32,000 nucleotides of DNA from NCBI RefSeq assembly GCF_003284895.1, contig NZ_QMDV01000002.1:805466-837465 (forward strand), written 5' to 3'. A program made the translations under genes and the position numbers. Within the stretch, counting starts at the first letter, position 1. Each line of letters opens with the position of its first letter. This stretch comes from Pontibacter arcticus (GTDB lineage: Bacteria > Bacteroidota > Bacteroidia > Cytophagales > Hymenobacteraceae). Shown here one piece after another: positions 8,080 through 17,619 of the stretch. Under the pieces are notes generated by a model. It did no database searches. It was given only the letters and a program-made list of their open reading frames with translations, and was not told the origin of the DNA.

Positions 8080-9405
8080 TTACAATCTACCGTCTACCAT
8101 TTCTCTGTCGAGGCAGGCTTTGGTATCAAAAATAACGGCGTTGTTATTGTCTTTATACTTTTTGAAATCTACCTTCTGGAACTCGTTATGCGCTACAGCT
8201 ACAATGATGGCAGTATACGGTACGGTTTCATCCAGTTCAGGTATAATGTCGATGCCATACTCATGCTTCACCTCATCAGCATCCGCCCATGGGTCGTAAA
8301 CATCTACATCCATACCAAATTGCTTTAGCTCATGGTAAATATCCACTACACGGGTGTTACGCACATCAGGGCAATTCTCTTTAAACGTAACCCCCATAAT
8401 GAGCGCCTTAGCACCTTTGATTTTGTGCTCTTTGTTGATCATGAGCTTCACTACTTTGTTAGCTACAAATGACCCCATGTTATCATTTACTCTTCGGCCA
8501 GAAAGTATAACCTGCGGATGGTAGCCTAATGCTTCCGCTTTGTGCGCCAGGTAATATGGATCCACGCCAATGCAATGTCCGCCTACAAGGCCGGGCTGGT
8601 ACTTCAGGAAGTTCCATTTGGTGCCGGCTGCGTCCAATACATCGTGCGTATCGATTCCGATCTTATCAAAGATCAGGGAAAGCTCATTTACAAATGAAAT
8701 GTTTACGTCGCGCTGTGCATTTTCAATCGCTTTAGAGGCTTCCGCCACTTTTATACTTGGTGCTTTGTGCGTGCCTGCTTCAATAATGCTACGGTACAGG
8801 TCATCCACACGCGTTGCAATTTCTGGCGTAGAGCCGCTGGTAACTTTCTTGATCTTGGTCAGGGTGTTTACTTTATCGCCCGGGTTGATGCGCTCCGGAG
8901 AATAGCCGGCATAAAAATCCTGGTTAAAAGTAAGACCAGAGAATTTTTCCAGTACAGGTACACAATCTTCTTCCGTACAGCCCGGGTAAACCGTAGATTC
9001 ATAAATTACAATGTCCCCTTTTTTAAGGACAGAACCCAGCATTTCTGAAGCTTTTAGCAACGGAAGCAGATCCGGCGCTTTAAACTGATCGATGGGCGTT
9101 GGAACCGTTACAATGAATGTATTATACTTGCGTAGTTCTTCTTTATCAGCTGAAAAATGCAGTCCCAGTTTATTTTCTCCGCTTTCATTTCTTTTGGAAA
9201 TTACGAGTTGAAGGTCCTCAAGATTAGCTTCGCGCGTACGGTCTTTCGCTTCGCTGAGCTCCTGAACACGATCTGTATTGATATCGAATCCAAGTACATC
9301 ATATTTCTTACCGAATTCGATGGCCAAAGGAAGGCCTACATAACCTAAACCAATAATAGCGATCTTTGCGTCTTCTACTAAAATATTATTCCCGGTAGTA
9401 TTCAT
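8080..9405 (-). CDS. Nucleotide-sugar dehydrogenase, TviB/WbpO/CapL-like (probable UDP-N-acetylhexosamine 6-dehydrogenase)
   Basis: 441 aa with an N-terminal Rossmann motif [14 protein letters not shown] and the catalytic Cys context [12 protein letters not shown], typical of the UDP-HexNAc dehydrogenase branch of the UDP-glucose/GDP-mannose dehydrogenase family. Confidence 0.85.
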   Translation of the reverse strand: MNTTGNNILVEDAKIAIIGLGYVGLPLAIEFGKKYDVLGFDINTDRVQELSEAKDRTREANLEDLQLVISKRNESGENKLGLHFSADKEELRKYNTFIVTVPTPIDQFKAPDLLPLLKASEMLGSVLKKGDIVIYESTVYPGCTEEDCVPVLEKFSGLTFNQDFYAGYSPERINPGDKVNTLTKIKKVTSGSTPEIATRVDDLYRSIIEAGTHKAPSIKVAEASKAIENAQRDVNISFVNELSLIFDKIGIDTHDVLDAAGTKWNFLKYQPGLVGGHCIGVDPYYLAHKAEALGYHPQVILSGRRVNDNMGSFVANKVVKLMINKEHKIKGAKALIMGVTFKENCPDVRNTRVVDIYHELKQFGMDVDVYDPWADADEVKHEYGIDIIPELDETVPYTAIIVAVAHNEFQKVDFKKYKDNNNAVIFDTKACLDREMVDGRL

Positions 9406-9428
9406 TTTATGCTTACTATAATTTATGG

Positions 9429-9436
9429 CAAAATTA
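9429..9436 (-). promoter_or_regulatory. Candidate -7 box (TAatTTTG on the minus strand) upstream of the dehydrogenase gene
   Basis: Plus strand caaaatta equals minus strand TAATTTTG. It lies 24 nt upstream of the ATG at 9405 and abuts the stop codon of the upstream GT2 gene. Confidence 0.3.
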
Positions 9437-10180
9437 CTAAAAAAACTGACTTATTTTTCTGAGTGGCTTTAAAAACCGGGTGTAAAAGCGTGGTTGCAGC
9501 TTATTAATTACCCATGCCTGATAATCTTCTTTGTTTGCTCTGATTCTGTTCTTAAGCGTGACATTACTTTTACCTCCCACCCGCATTCTAACCAAATACT
9601 CAGGCAGATAGGCTGTGCTGATCTTATGCTTATACAGATAACGTAACATGAGTTCGTAATCTGCCGCACTCTTGAAAGTTGTATTATAAAGGCCCAGCTT
9701 CTGGTAAATCTCTTTTTTTACATAGAAAGTGGGGTGAGGCGGCATCCAGCCATTTTTAAAGCTGCTGTGCCTGTACTCTCCTGACTTCCAGTTTCGGATA
9801 ACCTTATCCGGGTTCTGTCTGTCAACATAAACCAGGTCGGCATAAATACTATTGGTCTTATTCTGAGCGAACGCCTCTACTACAGAAGCCACGGCATTAT
9901 CGTTGTAGAAAATATCATCCGAGTGCAGAAAACCGATCACATCGCCGGTAGCCAGCCGGACACCTTTGTTCAGGGCATCGTATAAACCGGCATCTTTCTC
10001 AGATACAAATGTGCTGATTCTATCTCCATAGCCTTTAATAATATCAATAGTGCCGTCCTTAGAAAGGCCATCCACTACAATGTATTCAATATTAGGGTAC
10101 GTTTGCGCCAGCACAGAATCTATGGCATCAGCAATCGTATCACGGTTATTATAAACGATGGTAATGATAGAAACTTTCAC
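9437..10180 (-). CDS. Glycosyltransferase family 2
   Basis: 247 aa with the GT-A N-terminus [41 protein letters not shown] and a DxD-like HSDD. It is similar in size to WcaE-type GT2 enzymes. GTG start. Confidence 0.85.
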   Translation of the reverse strand: MKVSIITIVYNNRDTIADAIDSVLAQTYPNIEYIVVDGLSKDGTIDIIKGYGDRISTFVSEKDAGLYDALNKGVRLATGDVIGFLHSDDIFYNDNAVASVVEAFAQNKTNSIYADLVYVDRQNPDKVIRNWKSGEYRHSSFKNGWMPPHPTFYVKKEIYQKLGLYNTTFKSAADYELMLRYLYKHKISTAYLPEYLVRMRVGGKSNVTLKNRIRANKEDYQAWVINKLQPRFYTRFLKPLRKISQFF

Positions 10181-10261
10181 GGAATTGACTGTTAGGTATT
10201 AGTTTTATATTAAGAAAAAGTAAAATAAACGGAAGTGACTCCCCATTTTATACTTTACTTT

Positions 10262-10831
10262 CTAAGCAATCATTTTGCGCTCACGTTTCGGTTCGGCCGG
10301 GTTCCCCTGGTAAATGGTATAGGGTTCCAAATCTTTTGTTGCGACCGATCCGGCTGCCAGCACACTATGGGTACCACACACTACACCCGGGCAAACAACG
10401 GCCTTCGCTCCTACCCAAGCACCTTCTGCTACTGTAATCTCACCTGTCAGGAGATCAAAGGTACTTCTTTTATAATCATGGCTACCGGTTAAAAGCATCG
10501 CTCCCTGCGATACGGTTGTATTGCTTTCCAGTTTTACTTTCACCAGGTTATCGATCCAGACATATTCCCCGATCCAGACATGATCGCCCACTTCCAATAG
10601 CCACGGATATTTTATATTAACAGAAGGCTTAATAACAACGCCTGCTCCAACTTTTGCCCCGAACAGGCGCAGCAGGACCACTTTAATTGAACTCACCGGG
10701 TTAAGCGGATTCAGGAAAAAGAGGATGTTCACGAAATACCAGATGGTACGCTTTAAAACTCCTGCCCCCGGGTTATACCAACTGTTGTTGAAAGAAGAAA
10801 GTTTAACTTTCAGTATCGGATCGATTGCCAC
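10262..10831 (-). CDS. Hexapeptide-repeat O-acetyltransferase, WcaF-like
   Basis: 189 aa with an N-terminal hydrophobic segment followed by left-handed beta-helix repeats (VGAGVVIKP, VGDHVWIGEYVWI, GAWVGAKAVVCPGVVCG). GTG start. Confidence 0.8.
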   Translation of the reverse strand: MAIDPILKVKLSSFNNSWYNPGAGVLKRTIWYFVNILFFLNPLNPVSSIKVVLLRLFGAKVGAGVVIKPSVNIKYPWLLEVGDHVWIGEYVWIDNLVKVKLESNTTVSQGAMLLTGSHDYKRSTFDLLTGEITVAEGAWVGAKAVVCPGVVCGTHSVLAAGSVATKDLEPYTIYQGNPAEPKRERKMIA

Positions 10832-10834
10832 TTT

Positions 10835-11995
10835 TTATACTTCAAACATCAGCCTGTTAAGCTGAACTGGTTCTGCGTTGTTAATAAATTTATTTCCGTA
10901 AAAATACGCTCGTTCTGACCAAATATTATACTCTTGCTGGTCCATTTGAGTTAACTGCTGTATGGCCTGCCTGAATTTGTTTGGTTCAGCAAGAGGGAGG
11001 TCAAAACCAAGTTTATCTTTTTCCAGGTTTCTCCAAGGAGTCTGATCACTTATGATAACCGGACAGCCTGCTGTAAAACTTTCCAGAATTATGTGGCCGA
11101 AATTCTCCCCTTGAGTAGGTAAAAACAAAGCATGATAATGAGAGAGTGTTGCTGCAACTTTATCGCTTTGCACGCTGCCTTTATACTTAACTTTTATATT
11201 ATCCGGAAGCTGCCTGATCACTTCCTCACATGCCTGCCAGTAGTCGGCATTATAAACAGGCCCGTAAATATCAAAGTTTATATGCTCACTGCCTTTATAA
11301 TCCGCTAACAACGCTAAGGCATACTTCGTATTTTTTTCCGGTGAAATCCGGGCGATAGAAACCAGGTTAAGCTGGCCGCGTTGCTTATTACGCAATACAT
11401 GCGCAACCTCATCAGTCAATTTAGGCAGATTAGGAGCAATAACCACATTTGCTGTAGGGCTAATGGCATTACCTATTGCCTTTTCTTCTTCTTCATTTGT
11501 AGCATGAAAACGAATGCCTTTATATAAGCCTGAGGCCTTAATAGCTTTTAGAAACAACTTCTTCTTGCCACCTTTTACATTTATTGCACTTTGAGCTAGC
11601 ATACCACGCGCTGAGACAATGATCTTTTGGTGGTTTAAACGCTTAAGGATGAAAAGAGGTAAAATGGAAAAGTAAAGCGAGTAAATCCCATTAATAAAAG
11701 CGACATCAGGCCCAACTTGTTTTATAACATTAAAAAGACTTTTATACTTGAGATGAGCGGCAGAAAAATAAAATACCTGCACATGGTCTTCTAGCTTGAC
11801 CCAGGTATTTGGCTGTATATTTTGATACGGTACTGTTTCGCAATAATCCGTATCGCGCGTCAGTATATAAAAGTCGTAGTCCGGCTTCAGATGCTGTACC
11901 AGGTTGGCACAGGATTGTATCGGACCGCCGGCTTTATATCCAGGTAAAAACCAGTCGATTGTTACGAGAATCTTTTTCCGGTTACTCAATTTCAT
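10835..11995 (-). CDS. Glycosyltransferase family 4 (GT-B)
   Basis: 386 aa with a C-terminal E-x7-E motif (GENFGHIILESFTAGCPVI). Confidence 0.8.
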   Translation of the reverse strand: MKLSNRKKILVTIDWFLPGYKAGGPIQSCANLVQHLKPDYDFYILTRDTDYCETVPYQNIQPNTWVKLEDHVQVFYFSAAHLKYKSLFNVIKQVGPDVAFINGIYSLYFSILPLFILKRLNHQKIIVSARGMLAQSAINVKGGKKKLFLKAIKASGLYKGIRFHATNEEEEKAIGNAISPTANVVIAPNLPKLTDEVAHVLRNKQRGQLNLVSIARISPEKNTKYALALLADYKGSEHINFDIYGPVYNADYWQACEEVIRQLPDNIKVKYKGSVQSDKVAATLSHYHALFLPTQGENFGHIILESFTAGCPVIISDQTPWRNLEKDKLGFDLPLAEPNKFRQAIQQLTQMDQQEYNIWSERAYFYGNKFINNAEPVQLNRLMFEV

Positions 11996-13862
11996 TCTCC
12001 TCTAACCAGTTTTCCAATACAACTAAATACCAGATGCGTGACCAGGTAACCGTAGCATCTCCCCTTCTGAATTTACTCCATAGTTCCTTTAGTTCATCAG
12101 CATTAAAAGCACTTCTATCTCCAAGGTTGTTAAGTTTCTGATCTGCAAAGCTAAACATCTCTTCTTTCAGCCAGTTTTGCCACGGAAGTACAAAACCCAT
12201 TTTAGGCCTGTTTATAATATCCATCGGCAAAAGATCCCCCAATGATTCAGTTAAAAGTCTTTTGGGTGATGTTGGGTATTTATGCTCGTCTGGTACACCA
12301 AGCACATACTCGACCAGTTCATAATCCAGGAAAGGTACTCTTACTTCCAGGGCATGCGCCATACTCATCTGGTCTGTATCGCGCAGTAGCGTGTTCTGCA
12401 TATACGTACCTATCTCAGCTATGGAAACCTGGCTGAGTAAGGGGAGCTTATGAGGCTGTAAAGCTTGTAACTGCCTGCTTTCCGCTACTAATTGCTGCAC
12501 CCGGTTAGGCTCCAGTTTAGATTGGTTAGTTAATTTCTGAAGGTAAGCATCAGAAAGTACCTGCCTGGTAATCGGATACGTATAGTTCAGTTGCCAGGAC
12601 GGTAGCCGAAGCAACTCATCAATCTTAGCGGAAGCCACAGAAGGTTTTAAAGTATGAATAGCCTGACCTGCCAGTTTACGGGCAGCTAAAGGTAATCCTG
12701 CAACCCACTGGTTTTTCTGTAAGGTCAGCATACGCTTAAAAACATCGTAACCGCCAAACAATTCATCTCCTCCCAAACCTGACAGGGCCATCGTGATACC
12801 GGCTTCTTTCGTTACTTTGGAAACGACATAGGTATTGGGACCATCGCCACTCGGGTGATCCATAGCTTTTAAAGCAGCTGGAATCAAACCAAGGAAATCG
12901 TTGGGTGTAAGCCTTATTTCTGTATGTTCTGTATTAAACTTTTTCGCGATGGCAGCCGCATACTTTGCTTCGCTGAAAGCTTCTTCTTCAAACGTAACGG
13001 CAAAAGTCTTCACCTTCTTTTTTGCCACCTGGCTCATCAAGCCTACAATGGCACTCGAATCAATGCCGCCAGATAAAAATGCGCCAAATGGTACATCTGC
13101 AATCAACCTTCTTTCTACAGCACTGAGCAACAGCTGCTGCACGTTCTGCTTTATCTCCTGGTAACTTTTGCCTTCCGCTTCGCGGCTGTAATTCTTCTCC
13201 GGAGACCAGTACTGGAAAAAAGTATAAGCTCCATTCTTTATATGGATACCATGCCCGGGCATGAGCATCTTTACCCCTTCCACCATTGTTTCGGGGGCAT
13301 GTACCGTCTGGTAGCGCAGGTAATCTGAGAGAGCAGCTTTGTTTAATTTACGGGGAACGTACCCACTGGAAAGCAGCGCCCGCACTTCTGAAGAAAAAAG
13401 CAGCAGGTTATCGTGCTGGTAATAGTAAAGTGGTTTAATACCTAAGCGGTCGCGGAAAATAAAGATATCGCCGGCAGCTTTATCCCATAACACAAAGGCA
13501 AACATGCCATTGAAATGATGTACACATTCGCGGCCCCAGCGCTTATAAGCTGCCAGTATAACCTCTGTATCGGTTTGGGTTTGAAAAGGATACTCTTTCA
13601 GTTCCTGTTTTAGCTCCAGGAAATTATAAATCTCGCCGTTAAAGATCAGAACCAGATTTCCGTCTGGACTGATCATAGGCTGATGGCCGGCACAGGATAG
13701 GTCAATGATGGACAGGCGACGTTGCCCGAGGGCCACTCCTGCCTCCACAACACCCCCGCTATCATCAGGGCCACGGTGCGCAATGGCTTCGTTCATTCTA
13801 TCGAGAACGGGACCTGCTTCTGCAGACGACTGGATTCCTATGATGCCACTAATACCACACAT
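11982..13862 (-). CDS. asnB: Asparagine synthase (glutamine-hydrolysing) family amidotransferase
   Basis: 626 aa with the N-terminal nucleophile MCGI and the PP-loop SGGIDSS. It overlaps the next gene by 14 nt. Its polysaccharide-locus context suggests a sugar amidotransferase rather than housekeeping AsnB. Confidence 0.9.
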   Translation of the reverse strand: MCGISGIIGIQSSAEAGPVLDRMNEAIAHRGPDDSGGVVEAGVALGQRRLSIIDLSCAGHQPMISPDGNLVLIFNGEIYNFLELKQELKEYPFQTQTDTEVILAAYKRWGRECVHHFNGMFAFVLWDKAAGDIFIFRDRLGIKPLYYYQHDNLLLFSSEVRALLSSGYVPRKLNKAALSDYLRYQTVHAPETMVEGVKMLMPGHGIHIKNGAYTFFQYWSPEKNYSREAEGKSYQEIKQNVQQLLLSAVERRLIADVPFGAFLSGGIDSSAIVGLMSQVAKKKVKTFAVTFEEEAFSEAKYAAAIAKKFNTEHTEIRLTPNDFLGLIPAALKAMDHPSGDGPNTYVVSKVTKEAGITMALSGLGGDELFGGYDVFKRMLTLQKNQWVAGLPLAARKLAGQAIHTLKPSVASAKIDELLRLPSWQLNYTYPITRQVLSDAYLQKLTNQSKLEPNRVQQLVAESRQLQALQPHKLPLLSQVSIAEIGTYMQNTLLRDTDQMSMAHALEVRVPFLDYELVEYVLGVPDEHKYPTSPKRLLTESLGDLLPMDIINRPKMGFVLPWQNWLKEEMFSFADQKLNNLGDRSAFNADELKELWSKFRRGDATVTWSRIWYLVVLENWLEENEIE

Positions 13863-13872
13863 GGTTTGGGTG

Positions 13873-13907
13873 ATTAGAAATTAAAAAATTATGAATTAGA
13901 AATTAAA
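13873..13907. repeat. Two 13-nt direct repeats (attagaaattaaa) 22 bp apart, upstream of the asnB-like gene
   Basis: 13873-13885 and 13895-13907 are identical. They lie in the 113-bp gap between the GT4 stop (13976) and the asnB-like start (13862). Confidence 0.6.
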
Positions 13908-13975
13908 TACCTTTTAGTGACCTTGTGAAACGGGACGTCTTCTAACTGGTTTTTAAAGTATAAGTACGTATTATG

Positions 13976-15028
13976 TTAGACCAGTGCCATCAGTTTGGCT
14001 GCCCATTTAGAGGGTGTATTCTGTAGGGCTAACTCCACGCTTTTCTGTCCCATCTGGTAAAGCGCTTTACCGGGTAAATTCATGATGTTTGCCATCCCCT
14101 GTTTTAATGCAGGTATGTTACCGGCCTCAAACGTATAGCCATTTACGCCATTTTCAAGAAAAGCTGTAGCTGCGCCTACTTCCCGGCTGCATAACAATGG
14201 AAAGCCGGCTGCAGCAAACTCGTGTACCACCACACCCCAAGGTTCGTAAAAGGAGGGCAAAACGAAAACCCCTGCTTCCTGTATATACCGGCGCATTTCC
14301 TGAGGCTGCACAAAGCCAATATGTTTTATTTTAGGATGTTTCGTTGCGTTGCTTTCCAATGGGCCCGTGCCTAAGCACCACAATTCCCATTCGTTTGGCT
14401 TTTCTTCCTGCAACTGTACAAAAGCCTCCCACATGGTGTCAATACCTTTCTGAGGAATATAGCGTCCTACATAAATAAACCGCTTTGGAAAGTTTTGCTC
14501 CTTTAGAGCCTCAACTTCTTTTCCTGCTTTCCGGAATAAGTCTACATCAGCAGCATAATACCCTGATACTATCTTATTTTCTGGAAAGCCTAGTTTCCGG
14601 GCATATTTTTGTTGCGGAAGACCAGCAACAAACGCGTGTGTAAAGAGGCGTTGTAACGTAAAAGGCGCCACCAGACGAGCTATCTGTTGCTTCGCTGTAC
14701 CGAACCAATGGTTATCCATTCCTACCAAAACAGGGATACGCTTCCTGAAAGAACGCACAACGGCCAGGTAATCTTTATCGATCCAGCCACTGCAGAATAC
14801 CAACAAAGGTTGAATATCCTGACACAAACTAACCAGTTGTTCCCGGGTATAGTCCTGTTTCTCGTATAAGTTTATGTTTTCTGGAATTTCGAACTTAAAG
14901 GGCGCTTCTTTATTAACAGGCCAGCGTATAATATGAACTTCTGCCTGATGTTCTGCAGCAAGTGCCTTTACACAGGCCAGAAAATATTCAGCCAGTTCAG
15001 TGTATAAGAAAAGGATTTTTGGTTTCAT
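13976..15028 (-). CDS. Glycosyltransferase family 4 (GT-B)
   Basis: 350 aa with the E-x7-E motif (YEPWGVVVHEFAAAGFPLL). Confidence 0.8.
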   Translation of the reverse strand: MKPKILFLYTELAEYFLACVKALAAEHQAEVHIIRWPVNKEAPFKFEIPENINLYEKQDYTREQLVSLCQDIQPLLVFCSGWIDKDYLAVVRSFRKRIPVLVGMDNHWFGTAKQQIARLVAPFTLQRLFTHAFVAGLPQQKYARKLGFPENKIVSGYYAADVDLFRKAGKEVEALKEQNFPKRFIYVGRYIPQKGIDTMWEAFVQLQEEKPNEWELWCLGTGPLESNATKHPKIKHIGFVQPQEMRRYIQEAGVFVLPSFYEPWGVVVHEFAAAGFPLLCSREVGAATAFLENGVNGYTFEAGNIPALKQGMANIMNLPGKALYQMGQKSVELALQNTPSKWAAKLMALV

Positions 15029-15052
15029 TTATAACATTAGCCTTACAGCAAA

Positions 15053-15060
15053 CAAAGGTA
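15053..15060 (-). promoter_or_regulatory. Candidate internal -7 box (TAccTTTG on the minus strand) upstream of the GT4 gene
   Basis: Plus strand caaaggta equals minus strand TACCTTTG. It lies 25 nt upstream of the ATG at 15028, in the 48-nt gap after the Wzy-like gene. Confidence 0.3.
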
Positions 15061-15076
15061 AGAAAATTATACTTAC

Positions 15077-16477
15077 CTAAGACCGAAGAACAGGAAATGG
15101 CGCAGTTGCTTTGGGGTTGGCTTTTAAAACGGGCCCTGCTGGCTTATCTTTTACAATATAGATCAGGAGCGTCAGGATCATAAGCACTTGTATGGTAAAC
15201 GGATTTAGAGAGGCCACCAACCAGGACTCTACCATATTAGAAGTAATAAGGGCAAAAGCTATGGGCAATGCCATATAAGAGTTTTTAGCTGCTTTGAAAA
15301 ATAAAAATCCCCAACCAATAATAAATAACAGTAATCCAATTAAACCAGTATCCAGCCATACTGTTAAAAAAGCATTATGCGCATTTCCTTCATGCCCGCG
15401 CAGACTCAGTTCCCAATAATTTTGCCTGTAGATCCATTCGGTATAGCTAAAGCCACGCCCCACCCAAAAGTTCTTTTGTATCTGCTCCCAGGCAAATTCA
15501 CGGGCTACTACCCTGCCACCACCTGCGTCCAACGTATCTACACGCAGATACTCCTCAAAACCTAAAGCCTGCGCAATGGCTACGATATCCAAATCAATAC
15601 TAACCAGCATGATGCCTAAAAATGCACTAAGTACCAAGCCAACAATCTGATTTCTTTTTGATAGATATTGCGTTATCAGAAAAATTAAGACAGATAAAGA
15701 TTGGCCGCGAGAACCGCTCCAAAGCAGCGAAGAAATAATAAGCGCAAAAATAACGATGTTCTCCCGTTTAGAAAACAGCGTCGGAAAATAGTGCCGGATA
15801 ACAAAGTATAACAAAAAGAATAAAAAGCAAAACATCCCCAAACCATTCGGGTTACCTAATGCGCCAGAAGAACGGCCGCCTTCGTTGTACATCACAAGCA
15901 TCGGGTTAGCCAGGTACATCAGATAACCGGCTATGAGCACAGCTACGCCCAGATAAATAATAGCTTTTAAAAAATAGGTATGGTAAGTTATATAAAGACT
16001 ATAGAACAGAATAGGTATGATAATAAAGAGCAGTGAATAGGAAAGTGTTTTTTGAAAAGCTGTAAAGGGTTCAGGGCTAAAGACAATGCAGAAGAATGCA
16101 AATAAACTAAACGCTAGCAAAGGCTGCACAAGTGACTTTGTATTATCCACCCACAGTGTACTTCTTCTATTAAAAAGCAAAGGCACCAAAAGCAGAAGCA
16201 TCATGACCGTCTTCAGATTTTGTGAAAAAGACAATGCATATATCCGGCTGTCTGAAAGGATAAGCGTAAAAAAGAAAACAATAAACAAGTATAAGTGCCG
16301 ACCTTTATTCTGCAAATACAGGGCGAATAAAGCTAATAAAGGAATTGCGACAACACCCAGGGCCATGCCTGTAACCAGCCAGCCAACAAGAAGCAAAAAC
16401 AGTTGTTTATAACTGGCTGCACTATAACCAGCTTCCGCTCGTGCCGATTCTATGTTATGTTCTTGATTTATTAACAA
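15077..16477 (-). CDS. O-antigen ligase / Wzy-type polymerase family membrane protein
   Basis: 466 aa, hydrophobic along almost its whole length with many predicted TM segments, and a Wzy_C-like region (LLWSGSRGQSLSVLIFLI). The ORF-track start is TTG and overlaps the upstream gene by 23 nt, so the true start is uncertain. Confidence 0.7.
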   Translation of the reverse strand: MLINQEHNIESARAEAGYSAASYKQLFLLLVGWLVTGMALGVVAIPLLALFALYLQNKGRHLYLFIVFFFTLILSDSRIYALSFSQNLKTVMMLLLLVPLLFNRRSTLWVDNTKSLVQPLLAFSLFAFFCIVFSPEPFTAFQKTLSYSLLFIIIPILFYSLYITYHTYFLKAIIYLGVAVLIAGYLMYLANPMLVMYNEGGRSSGALGNPNGLGMFCFLFFLLYFVIRHYFPTLFSKRENIVIFALIISSLLWSGSRGQSLSVLIFLITQYLSKRNQIVGLVLSAFLGIMLVSIDLDIVAIAQALGFEEYLRVDTLDAGGGRVVAREFAWEQIQKNFWVGRGFSYTEWIYRQNYWELSLRGHEGNAHNAFLTVWLDTGLIGLLLFIIGWGFLFFKAAKNSYMALPIAFALITSNMVESWLVASLNPFTIQVLMILTLLIYIVKDKPAGPVLKANPKATAPFPVLRS

Positions 16478-17603
16478 TGGATTTAATTGTTTCTATTGTC
16501 GTGCTTATAACCGAATCCCAGGTATAAGAATTCTTAACTAACTGTAAAGCTGCCTCTTGCTTCTGTGCTAGTTCTTCCCCATCTATACTGATAGCTTTAA
16601 CTATCGCTTGCTGGAGTGCGCTTTTGTCGGCTGCCGGAATGAGCCAGCCTGTCTCAACAGATACAAGCGCGCTAACAGCGCCCACATCCGTAGCAATTAC
16701 TGCCAGACCGGAAGCCATCGCCTCTAATATCACCGTGGGCATTCCTTCTGAGTAGCTTGGGCATACCAACACATCACTTGTCTTTAGGATTGCTTTGATT
16801 TCCTGTTCATCTCTAATCAGGCCATGGTAATCAACCTCGTCGTACTTCAACTGCTTTTCAGCAGGTATAGGGCCAATAAAGCTAACCTTAAAATTATACT
16901 TTCCGGAAAGGTGCTTTATAACTTCCTGTAGTTCCTCTATGCCTTTGCGTCTTTCATAGCGCCCGATAAATACAAATTTCCTGATTTTATTTGCCTTTAC
17001 CAACTGGCTTTGCTCTAACCAATGTGGCTCAATACCGATTGGGATTTCCAGAATTTGCTTTGTTGTAATACGCCTTTGAATGGGTGTTAATTTGCCTCCA
17101 AGTGAAAATACATAATCAGTATTATGTAGTATATACTTTACAGGCGGACCAAACAAAAGATGCTGAAGCTTAACATTGAAGTTTGGCGCCTGCTGAAACA
17201 TTTCAACACCATGAAAATTGACGCCTATTGGTGGTAAAGCTTTGCCTTTCTTCTTTTCAATTATTGTTTTCCAGCCGGTAAAACCCTGTGCATACACAAA
17301 GTTTACGGGTTCATTTTCTCTGAACAGTTGGTATACTTTTGCGGAATATAAATAAGATTCAACTACATAGTGCCCAGGCAGCTTTCTTGTAGACGGAAAT
17401 AATACATAATAAGGTGTTATATAAGAAAGCTCTTCTTCCGTAAAGTCTAATAACCGCGGTGTATCGGCATCTTTGCCTCCAGTGTGGTATAAATCTACAT
17501 ATACACCATTTCGCGCTAAATATTTAGCTAAATAGTAAGAGTGCTTTTGCATCCCGCCCAGCACATAAGGGTATATTCCGTCTGTTAGTAAGGCTATCCG
17601 CAT
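16455..17603 (-). CDS. Glycosyltransferase family 4 (GT-B), here called GT4b
   Basis: 382 aa with the E-x7-E motif (SEGMPTVILEAMASGLAVI). Its first 19 codons plus 16 nt upstream are duplicated at 19030-19102. Confidence 0.85.
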   Translation of the reverse strand: MRIALLTDGIYPYVLGGMQKHSYYLAKYLARNGVYVDLYHTGGKDADTPRLLDFTEEELSYITPYYVLFPSTRKLPGHYVVESYLYSAKVYQLFRENEPVNFVYAQGFTGWKTIIEKKKGKALPPIGVNFHGVEMFQQAPNFNVKLQHLLFGPPVKYILHNTDYVFSLGGKLTPIQRRITTKQILEIPIGIEPHWLEQSQLVKANKIRKFVFIGRYERRKGIEELQEVIKHLSGKYNFKVSFIGPIPAEKQLKYDEVDYHGLIRDEQEIKAILKTSDVLVCPSYSEGMPTVILEAMASGLAVIATDVGAVSALVSVETGWLIPAADKSALQQAIVKAISIDGEELAQKQEAALQLVKNSYTWDSVISTTIETIKSIVNKSRT

Positions 17604-17619
17604 GTAATAGAGCTAATCA
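17547..17619. repeat. 73-bp duplicated junction, functional copy (GT4b start region plus the GT2b stop codon)
   Basis: 67 of 73 positions are identical to 19030-19102 at a constant offset of 1483 bp with no indels. Confidence 0.9.

Noticed and set aside
3547-10845. 14-mer tttttatacttcaa shared between 3547-3560 and 10832-10845
   Set aside because: Several chance 14-mer matches are expected within 32 kb of AT-biased sequence, and the two contexts are unrelated.
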